Shown here: in pieces, positions 1 through 10,565 of the stretch
How positions within the stretch are numbered: the first letter of the stretch is position 1
How the letters are laid out: the number at the start of each line of letters is the position of its first letter
From: Eledone cirrhosa
Lineage: Eukaryota
DNA: 64,000 nt
Assembly: GCA_964016885.1 (NCBI GenBank)
Contig: OZ024762.1
Span: 930,001 to 994,000 of the forward strand
Direction: 5' to 3'
Translations under genes and position numbers: made by a program
The notes under the pieces: model-generated
Database searches by the model: none
What the model was told of the DNA's origin: nothing
Seen by the model: only the letters and a program-made list of their open reading frames with translations

Positions 1-36
1 CATGTATGTATGTATATATATATATATATATATATG

Positions 37-247
37 ACACCCTTCCTAGTGCTGGTGATCTACATGATAAACACACCCAGTACACTCTGTAAAGTTGTCT
101 GTGTTAGGAAGGGCATCCCGCCACTGTAGAAACCAAGCCAAATGCCAGATCCATAGCAACATGTTGTTGGGCTCCAGACTGAATCATCTCATCATGTGAC
201 AACCCATCTAACCCATGCAAGTGGGTCGGGGATCGACATTAAATGAT
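37..247 (+). mobile_element. SINE 3' part with RTE-like tail
   Basis: AGGAAGGGCATCC...AACCCATGC...GACATTAAATGATG; the same motif order recurs at 46915-47123 and 51858-52048. Confidence 0.65.
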
Positions 248-516
248 GGTGGTGGTGGTGGTGGTGGTGGTGGTGGTGGTGGTGGTGTTGATGATGGTGG
301 TGGTGGTGGTGTTGATGATGATGGTGATGATGGTGGTGCTGGTGGTGTTGATGATGATGGTGGTGGTGGTGGTGGTGGTGGTGGTGTTGATGATGATGGT
401 GGTGGTGGTGTTGATGATGGTGGTGGTGATGATGGTGGTAATGGTGGTTGTGATGATGATGGTGGTGGTGGTGATGGTGGTGGTGGTGATGGTGGTGGTG
501 GTGATGGTGATGATGA
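244..516. repeat. (GGT/GAT)n trinucleotide microsatellite
   Basis: Directly visible; source of the poly-G/P/V ORFs. Confidence 0.95.
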
Positions 517-850
517 TATATATATATATATTGTAAAGTCAGTCCCCACAGTATATCTAAGACTACATTATCAAATGTGTCCGTTCCACCTACTTTTTAT
601 TATATTAATAACCACACATGTGTGTATGTATGTATGTATGTATGTGTGTGTGTATGTATGTGTGTGTGTATGTATGTGTGTGTGTATGTATGTATGTATG
701 TGTGTGTGTATGTATGTATGTGTGTATGAGTATATGCACGTGTGTGTGTGTGTGTGGTAGAAACAGAGTGTGTGTGTGTGTGTATATGTGTACTATGACT
801 AGGAATTAAGTGGACATGGGGAAACATGAAAGAAGAGTGAATAATGTATA

Positions 851-900
<50 letters not shown>

Positions 901-1483
901 TATATATATATACACACACACATATATATATATATACATACACACACACACAAACATATATATATATATATATAAAGGAAGAGAGAATGCATATGATGTG
1001 TATATATATAGGTATATAGGTAAAGCTGGTGGATGAGAGATGAGTGTCTGATATAAATATATATATATAAATATATATATATTATATATATTTATATATA
1101 TATATATAAACAAGTATGTATATATAATATATACATAGTTATTTGGTAGACTATTTTGCTATTCTGTCCATTGTTAATAGAGAATATATTTTGAAAACAA
1201 AATGTTTGACATTCAGATGTAAATAGACTAAAGAAAAGCAGAGAACACACAGACACACACATACATACATACATATATACATACATACACATACACACAT
1301 ACATTTCATTCATACATTGCATAATATATATACATATATACAGACATGCATATATATATGAATATATATATATATATATATATGATGGCTGCCCCCTCGT
1401 TATCGAGTATACATACAAACATATACATTGAATACATACATAACATACATATATATATGCACATACATACATATATACATACA

Positions 1484-1580
1484 CAGGGTGTCCCAAAAAA
1501 TGTATACACACTTCAATAGCATTCCAATAAATATTGCCTGTACAAGTAATCAATGTGTGTATACATTTTTGGGGGACACC

Positions 1581-1583
<3 letters not shown>
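1484..1583. mobile_element. Tc1/mariner-like MITE (~100 bp)
   Basis: Terminal inverted repeats CAGGGTGTCCCAAAAAATGTATACACA / TGTGTATACATTTTTGGGGGACACCCTG within TA/CA microsatellite; related copies at 2430, 36572, 36811. Confidence 0.75.
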
Positions 1584-1647
<64 letters not shown>

Positions 1648-1649
<2 letters not shown>

Positions 1650-1818
1650 TTAATACAGAAATGGCTTCTATAGGAGTAGAACTAGAAATCATATTTTCTT
1701 TTGAATGAAACAGTTCTAGTCCTGTAGAAGCCATTTTTATATTAAACATCATGCATGTTTACACTCTACTAATGTATTGAGTACCTTACTGTGGTTACCC
1801 TCAATTGTACCTGGTACT
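1648..1818 (+). mobile_element. Degenerate copy of the fold-back hammerhead (Penelope pLTR-like) element
   Basis: Inverted arms plus GAATGAAACAGTTCTAGTCCTGTAGAAGC and the shared TACTC..GTATTGAGTAC..CTGTGGTTAC tail; the CTGATGA box is lost. Confidence 0.6.
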
Positions 1819-1867
1819 CACACACACACACAGATACATGTATACATACATATATGTGTATATACAT

Positions 1868-1917
<50 letters not shown>

Positions 1918-2210
1918 ATGTATGTATATATATATAATTATTAAGGCTAAATAGTGAGTGTTGTTACTCTGGAGTTTCCTCTGTTGATCACAGGGTCTCA
2001 GCTGTCAACCACACACACACACACACATAAATATATATATTAACACTTCACTGCTCACAAGTGTTTTTTAAGCTTCATATCATATCTCCCTATTTTATCT
2101 GATGAGAACGCAAATATCATCCCATGATGATATTTGTTTTTGAAATGCACATAATAAAATACTTGGAACTCTTTTAACCATCTTTTGATCTTATATTATA
2201 TATATATATA

Positions 2211-2400
2211 TTTAATATAGAAAAGCTTCTACAGGACTAGAACAGTTTCATTTGTGAGAAATCATCAGTAAACTTCCTGATGATTTCTCACGAATGAAAC
2301 AGTTCAAGTCCTGTAGAAGCTTTTCTATATTAAACATTTATACTCTGCTTTGTATTGAGTACTTTACTTACTGTGGTTACTCCTGATTGAGCCCGGAATA
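2211..2400 (+). mobile_element. Fold-back element carrying a hammerhead motif (Penelope pLTR-like)
   Basis: ~58-bp inverted arms 2211-2268 / 2277-2334, followed by the tail shared with the 1.65-kb and 6.15-kb copies. Confidence 0.75.
2273..2319 (+). ncRNA. Type I hammerhead ribozyme motif
   Basis: CUUC-CUGAUGA-U[UUC UCAC GAA]U-GAAA-[CAG uucaaguc CUG]-UA-GAAG; stems I, II and III all pair; cleavage triplet GUA; 10.1/11.1 is U.U. Confidence 0.7.
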
Positions 2401-2429
2401 AACATTATATATATATATATATATATATA

Positions 2430-2501
2430 CAGGGTGTCCCAAAAAATGTATACACACTTTGATTAGAATGCTGTTGAAGTGTGTATACATTTTTTGGAAC
2501 C
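2430..2501. mobile_element. Tc1/mariner-like MITE, short copy
   Basis: TA-CAGGGTGTCCCAAAAAATGTATACACAC ... GTGTGTATACATTTTTTGGAACC. Confidence 0.65.
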
Positions 2502-2588
2502 ATATATGCACAAATATATACCTATTTATATACATACAGATGGTTTGGTTATGATAATGAACAAATTTAGTCATAACGATATATATAC

Positions 2589-2630
<42 letters not shown>

Positions 2631-3087
2631 GTATATATATATATATATATAATGTATATATATATAATGTATATAATGTATATATATATATAATGTATAT
2701 ATATATAATGTATATAATGTATATATATATAATGTATATATATATATATATATATATAATGTATGTATATATATACACATAGATATATAGTTGAAAATGA
2801 ATGAACAAAACAGGCAATTTTACACATATATATATAAATATACACACATAAAGAAGTATAATAGATGTATATATACATACATGAGTTAGTCTTTAGGTGT
2901 GGTCAGCTAATCACCAACAACAACAATAAGTCATATTTACATCTCCGTTGATTTCTCATGTAGTTCTTAATAACAGTTGCCTCTCTCTCTCTCTCTCTCT
3001 CTCAAACACAGACACACTCTCTCTCTCTCAGTTATCTTTCTCTCCCTCACTCTCACACACTATCTCTTGTCTTTCTCTTCCCTACTC

Positions 3088-3122
<35 letters not shown>

Positions 3123-4150
3123 AGGAGAGGCCTGATGTAGTAAGACCAGCTGAAATATTCGCCGCCACCTCCGTATCCCCCCCCCCCCCCCCCACCGCCA
3201 CTATCCTTCCCCACCACCACCGTGACCGTATCCTCCCCCGCCATCACCGTCCCACCCCCCACTATCGCCCTCACCGTAAACTCCACCACCACCACCGCAT
3301 CCCCCCCCACCACTACCCCCCCCCCCACCAACTTAACATAACGATGACAAATGTCAGCTTCTAAACAGATAACTAGACTTATTACATACTATCAACTTTC
3401 ACCCCCTCTCTCTCTCTCATCTATTCTCTCACACCCTCTCTCTTTCACCCATTTTCTTATCTTCTCCCCCTCTCTCTCGGCGTCCACTCTCTCTCTCTCA
3501 CACACATCTTCCCTTTTCTCCTCCATCTCTCATCCCCCTCTCTCTTGTCTTCACACAACCTCTCTCTCTACAGCTACGCCTCTTCTCTCTCTCTATAGCT
3601 ACCCCTCCTCTCTGTCTCTCTCTTTCCTCTCATCCCCCCCTCTCTCACTGCTACATTCAGCTAACTACTCTGAAATGAATAACGAAGACAGCCACCCAAC
3701 TACCACTACTACTACTACTACCTCCACTACTACTACTACTACCACTATTACTAGTACCACCACTACTACTACCACCACTACTACTACCACTATTACTAGT
3801 ACCACCACTACTACTACTACTACTAGTGCCTAGCAACAACACCATCAGCCATACCATCATCCAAGTACACTGAGTCAGCTAGGGAAACCTAGTTGTTGAC
3901 TTGGTCTCTCTGTGGTGGTGGTCAGGCAGTAATGGCGGTGGTGGTGGTAGTGGTGGTGGTAGTGGTGGTAGTGGTGGTGGTGGTGGTAGTGGTGGTAGTG
4001 GTGGTGGTGGTAGTGGTGGTGGTGGTGGTAGTGGTGGTGGTGGTGGTAGTGGTGGTGGTGGTCTACAAAATCAGTGGCAATATTAACCAAGCAGGGAAGA
4101 CTGAATCACAAAATAAATAGATTTTCAAACAAAAATTATTGACAGCAAGT

Positions 4151-4395
4151 GAGGGGTCACTACATTGTGACAGGGAACTCTAATGTCACGAGTCCTTTGT
4201 AAGACATCAAATGGAGGGGTCACTACATTGTGACAGGGAACTCTAATGTCACGAGTCCTTTGTAAGACATCAAATGGTGGGGTCACTACATTGTGACAGG
4301 GAACTCTAATGTCACGAGTCCTTTGTAAGACATCAAATGGTGGGGTCACTACATTGTGACAGGGAACTCTAGTGTCACGAGTCCTTTGTAAAACA
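4151..4395. repeat. 63-bp minisatellite, ~4 copies
   Basis: GGGGTCACTACATTGTGACAGGGAACTCTAATGTCACGAGTCCTTTGTAAGACATCAAATGG at period 63. Confidence 0.9.
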
Positions 4396-5302
4396 TTAAT
4401 ACCACACCACACCATACCAGCACACCACACCACACCATACCACCACACCACACCATACCAGCACACCACACCACACCACACCACACCAAACCAGCATACC
4501 ATACCACCACACAACACCACACCACCACACCATACCATACCATACCACCACACCTCACCACACCATACCACCAGACCACACCATACCACCACACCATATA
4601 CGAGGGTTCTGCTCTGGGAAAGATTGAGTCCTTGTGAGACAAAGGCACTGAAACAATTATGGCGCCCCTCTCTTAAATATAAAATAACTGTCGTTTAAAA
4701 AAGTGTGTTTTGAGGGGAGAAAGTGTCCGAATGACAAATACATTTAATATGAATAAAATAGTAGCCCTTTACCCTTGATGATCCCTAATTATGTGTTTAT
4801 TTGGCTTAATGGTAACGTCTGACCCGGTTCTATTACAATGACAAAATTTAACAGAGCTTTCGTTTCTCTGTTTGTATGAGAAACGGATTTACCTCCCTTT
4901 AATCGTCTCGTTAAGAACCCAACTATAATGTTTCACCACACATACATATATACATATATATATGTATATATACATACATATATATATAAATACATACACA
5001 CACGCATATATATATATATATATATACACACATACATATATATACATATGTACATACACACACACATACATACATACATTTGTACATACACACACACATA
5101 CATACATATATACATTTGTACATACACACACACATACATACACACATCCCACATTTTGAAGGGATATAAAAGAAGAATGTGGGAGATCTTAAGGCCCCGC
5201 CTAGTGTTACTAAAGTATGTAGTTATTTATTAAGTAAACTTTTATTATACAAAGCATATAAATAAATTTACAGTAGGATAACATAACAAATATGTTTTAA
5301 AT

Positions 5303-5450
5303 ATCATCATCATCATCATCATTTTACGTCCACTTTTCCCTGCAAGGGTTGGACGGGTCCTATTCAGCAAAGCATCTCTCCACTTTTCATGGTCCTTCGT
5401 CATCTCCTTGGTGAGTTTCAGCGATCTGAGGTCAGCTCTCACCAGCTCCT
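5303..5450 (-). mobile_element. RTE-type LINE 3' end with (GAT)n tail
   Basis: Minus frame RADLRSLKLTKEMTKDHEKWRDALL then GGACGTAAAATGATGATG; related copy at 58404-58530. Confidence 0.65.
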
Positions 5451-5559
5451 CCGCCCATTACAAATGCTTAGATAACATTATAAATTGCTCGCGGTTCTTT
5501 CAGAAGGATATATTCTTTCAATAAGGAAGGGGTGAACAACTAAGCCAACACCAGAGCAA

Positions 5560-5700
5560 AAGACAGCAGCGAGGGGTAACGGGCAACCTCTCTAATGATT
5601 TTTTAGGCAAGCCAGCACACTCGCAGCGTTACCTCGGGTGATGGCGAGGCTAACAACCAAGCGCCCTCGCGAGATTCGCCAGTTACCTCTACTAAATCGT
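5560..5700 (-). promoter_or_regulatory. CpG-rich promoter-like patch with TCTCGCGAG element
   Basis: Local CpG enrichment in a CpG-poor window; CTCGCGAGA at 5666-5674; minus-strand donor-like GAG|GTAACG at 5633. Confidence 0.3.
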
Positions 5701-6141
5701 TTTAAATTCTTGATTAATTTTGAAATTATTTTAAAATCCTTTTGTTAAAAAAAAACCCAACTATACATGTTCTGATTATTTCACCCCCCCCCCCCACACA
5801 CACACACTATAGCAGCAACTTGTAATCGAGTATGACTTGGTAGAATGATTTCGCTAATGGTTTTAGGTGCCTGTGCAGTCTTAAGCTGAGACACACAGAC
5901 AAATATAACCATACTCTACTACTCCAAGTATTGAGTACTCTGGTGAGTAATGGTCTAACTAGTTTCTAACTGAATCTACCCTGATTTATATATATATATA
6001 TATAAATATAGTTTCCATTTATTTAATATCATAAATATACTCCAAATACTTGTTGAGTGCTTTTATATCAGTTATAAATATTTACTCGTTGTTAACCCAA
6101 CAATTTAAATATAACTTTCCATGTATATAAATATATATATT

Positions 6142-6331
6142 TTTTAATATAGAAAAACTTCGACAGGACTAGAACCGTTTCATTCGTGAGAAATCATCAG
6201 GAGCTTCCTGATGATTTCTCACGAATGAAACAGTTCAAGTCCTGTAGAAGCTTTTCTATATTAAAACATTTATACTCTGCTATGTATTGAGTACTTTACT
6301 TACTGTGGTTACCTCCGATTCAACCTGGAAT
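6142..6331 (+). mobile_element. Fold-back element carrying hammerhead motifs (Penelope pLTR-like)
   Basis: Inverted arms 6142-6200 / 6208-6266, near-identical to the 2211-2400 copy, same tail, flanked by TA-rich runs. Confidence 0.78.
6199..6255 (+). ncRNA. Type I hammerhead ribozyme motif (best copy)
   Basis: Stem I AGGAGCUUC/GAAGCUUUU (9 bp, 2 G.U), CUGAUGA 6208-6214, stem II UUC/GAA, GAAA 6227-6230, stem III CAG/CUG, GUA cleavage after 6246. Confidence 0.75.
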
Positions 6332-6333
6332 AA

Positions 6334-6390
<57 letters not shown>

Positions 6391-6398
<8 letters not shown>

Positions 6399-6536
6399 AT
6401 ACTTGGGGAGGGTCATATTGTTATAATATTGCCAGAAATAATAACAGTAAACCAACCCAAACCAAACAGTGAGTGTGTTCTGTTATTATTTCTGGCAATA
6501 TTATAACAATATGACCCTCCCCAAGTATAACAATAT
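6391..6536. mobile_element. Hairpin MITE with perfect 57-bp inverted arms
   Basis: 6391-6447 is the reverse complement of 6480-6536, with a 32-bp spacer. Confidence 0.75.
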
Positions 6537-6600
6537 TTGTTTTGACACACGATTTCATATCAAAAACCTTGCAAAACATATATATATATATATATATATA

Positions 6601-6880
6601 GTCTTAAGTCTGCCTTTAGCCAGAAGGCTCATTTGGCCGATGCTTATCCCGGTTTCATGGTGTGAAGCAACTGAGAGTACTAGACTCTCCCCTGGACAGC
6701 ACACCAGTCCATCACAGGGTTAAACCCCCAGATATTACTGGTACTCATTTTCAGCTGAGTATACTGGAGCAACGTGAAATGAAGTGTTTTGCTCAAAATG
6801 ACAACACACAACCCAGTCCAGGAATCAAACCCACAGCCTTATGATCAGAAGTCCAACACCATCACCACTGGGCCATGTGC
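6601..6880 (-). mobile_element. tRNA-derived SINE with CORE-like central domain
   Basis: Minus strand begins GCACATGGCCCAGTGG (A box)...GGTTTGATTCC (B box)...TTGAGCAAAACACTTCATTTCACGTTGCTCCAGT; copy at 28665-28935. Confidence 0.75.
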
Positions 6881-6984
6881 TGTAATATACTTGGAGCTAA
6901 TTACACAACCAGCTGCCATTTCTACAGAACGGAATGGTTGTTGAAGAATACCATTGATAAGTCTTCCTCCAAACATAGTCATAC

Positions 6985-7645
<661 letters not shown>

Positions 7646-7717
7646 ATATTTGAATGGGATTGCTTCATTTGAACCAGATAGAATATTTTTAGGGCTGAAT
7701 ATATATTTGTAAGAGAG

Positions 7718-8730
7718 ATGTAGACCCTGTCTGTCTAGGAGGTCAGTAGCTCCCTCTTTAGTACTGACTTGGTCTATATAGACCCCTGCCCTGTCTAGGT
7801 CAGTAGCTCCCTCTTTAGTACTGACTTGGTCTATGTAGACCCCTTGTCTGTCTAGGAGGTCAGTAGCTCCCTCTTTAGTACTGCCTTGGTCTATATAGAC
7901 CCCTTGTCTGTCTAGGTCAGTAGCTCCCTCTTTAGTACTGTCTTGGTCTATATAGACCCCTTGTCTGTCTAGGTCAGTAGCTCCCTCTTCAGTACTGACT
8001 TGGTCTATGTAGACCCCTTGTCTGTCTAGGTCAGTAGCTCCCTCTTCAGTACTGTCTTGGTCTATATAGACCCCTTGTCTGTCTAGGTCAGTAGCTCCCT
8101 CTTCAGTACTGACTTGGTCTATGTAGACCCCTTGTCTGTCTAGGTCAGTAGCTCCCTCTTCAGTACTGACTTGGTCTATATAGACCTCTTGTCTGTCTAG
8201 GTCAGTAGCTCCATTGGTCTATATAGACCCCTTGTCTGTCTAGGTCAGTAGCTCCCTCTTCAGTACTGACTTGGTCTATATAGACCCCTTGTCTGTCTAG
8301 GTCAGTAGCTCCCTCTTCAGTACTGTCTTGGTCTATATAGACCTCTTGTCTGTCTAGGTCAGTAGCTCCATCTTCAGTACTGACTTGGTCTATATAGACC
8401 CCTTGTCTGTCTAGGTTAGTAGCTCCCTCTTCAGTACTGTCTTGGTCTATATAGACCCCTTGTCTGTCTAGGTCAGTAGCTCCCTCTTCAGTACTGACTT
8501 GGTCTATGTAGACCCCTTGTCTGTCTAGGTCAGTAGCTCCCTCTTCAGTACTGACTTGGTCTATATAGACCTCTTGTCTGTCTAGGTCAGTAGCTCCATT
8601 GGTCTATATAGACCCCTTGTCTGTCTAGGTCAGTAGCTCCCTCTTCAGTACTGTCTTGGTCTATATAGACCCCTTGTCTGTCTAGGTCAGTAGCTCCATC
8701 TTCAGTACTGTCTTGGTCTATGTAGACCCC
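7718..8730. repeat. 57-bp minisatellite, ~18 units
   Basis: TAGACCCCTTGTCTGTCTAGGTCAGTAGCTCCCTCTTCAGTACTGACTTGGTCTATA; two 43-bp deletion units 385 bp apart. Confidence 0.95.
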
Positions 8731-9471
8731 ATCCAACCCATGCTAGCAGGGAAAGAGGGTGCTAAATGGTGATGGTGATGATGGTGGTGATTTAATAAAA
8801 GAAGTATTTTAGAAAAAAAAAGGTGCAAATTGTTGAAGCTGACAGTGGAGATGTGGAAGGAAGGAAGTAGGTGGAGAGGGTGTAATGGTGGAACAGACCT
8901 GTACAACCCATGTAAGCATGGAGGTACAGGTGTAATAAGGATGATGATGACAGTAGTGATGATGATTGGTGGTGGTGGTGGTGGTGTTGTAGTGGTGTGG
9001 TGGTGGTGTGGTGTTGATGATGGTGGTGATGACAGTGGTGGTGGTGGTGATGATAATGGAGGTGGTGGTGATAGTGGTGATGGTGGTGGTGGTGGTGATG
9101 ATGATGGAGGTGGTGGTGATAGTGGTGATGGTGATGGTGGTGGTGGTGGTGATGATGGAGGTGGTCGTGATAGTGGTGATGGTGATGGTGGTGGTGATGA
9201 TGATGGAGGTGGTGGCAGAGATAATAATTGTGGTGTGTGGGTATCAATAAGCAATAATAATAATAATAACAACAACAACAACACTATAACAACACTATAA
9301 CAAGAACAACAACACTATAACAACAACAACAACACTATAACAACGACAACAATACTATAACAACAACACTATAACAACAACAACAACAACACTATAACAA
9401 CAACAACACCACCACTATAACAACAACAACAACAACCGAAGTGATAATTTAAAGATGTTTGATTTACTTAC

Positions 9472-9798
9472 AAGTTGCCGGAGAAGCTGGGAGATGAGGT
9501 AAAGAGATCGACTCTTGAGTGGGAAAACATTATTTAACACTACATTGCCTTGCTCGTATTTCTTTCGCCTTCTGTAGACTTTAAATCCTTTGAATTTCTT
9601 CCTCTGGACACAGCCATAACCTGCCGTCCAGCTTGTACTACAGTTCATAAGCAATCGAGTACAAAAACGGTCATCGGGAAGTTTTAGGTTGTACTTATGT
9701 TGACTACTAGTGTGATAATTGGTACTGTTTTGAGGGAACTTACAACCTTTGTAGTCGAATTTGTGGCATCCATAAGCTTGAAGTAGCATACAGGCCAT
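9472..9798 (-). CDS. Candidate coding exon, unknown protein (MACMLLQAYGCHKF...LISQLLRQL)
   Basis: Unique-sequence island, 109 open codons ending at a consensus donor CTT|GTAAGT (9472); acceptor TTGTTTCCAG at 9905 or CTTAG at 9808. Confidence 0.4.
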
Positions 9799-10052
9799 GC
9801 TTAACAAACTAAGTTTGAGTTAAATTATTTCATAGCGAGTAACTTAGTCTAGCTTGAGATATCTTAGAGAGAGCTGTTTAGGGTAACACAACCTCACACA
9901 TCCTTCTGGAAACAACAACAACAACAAGAATAATAATGATAAAAGAATGAAAGAGTTTAGCAGTTAGTTGGTTTGGTTTGGTTGGGTTGGGTTTGGTAAT
10001 TCAAGCAACTGCCGGCAGCTAAAGGTAGCAGTAATTTGGTAAATCTCAGGCA

Positions 10053-10103
<51 letters not shown>

Positions 10104-10374
10104 GAGAGAGAGAGAGAGACAAGGGTGGAAAGAGAGGGGATAATTGGAGTCAGTGTGGCAGAGAGAGAGGTAGAAAGAGAGATAAGTGGAGAGAGAGAGG
10201 TGGAAAGAGAAAGGGCTAATTAGAGGGTGAGTGTGGTACAGAGAGAGAGAGAGATAGAGAGAAAGTTAGAGAGGTGAAGAAAGCAGCAGAGATAGAAAGA
10301 AGTATATATATATAGAGAGAGATTGAGAAAGACTGTGCAAAAGAGAGAGAGAGGTATATATAGAGAGAGGTGTG

Positions 10375-10442
<68 letters not shown>

Positions 10443-10565
10443 CCTAGAGTAATTTAAAGAAAGTTAGTGGTTGCTTGAAAGAAAGATAGACAGCCATGAG
10501 TGTGCTAGAGGTACCTGAGATATAAAAATAGCGAGAAGATGGGCAGAGTGACTATAGTGGATCTA

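Noticed and set aside
7980-8710. Minus-strand CUGAAGA in the 57-mer as a hammerhead core
   Set aside because: No GAAA after a stem II
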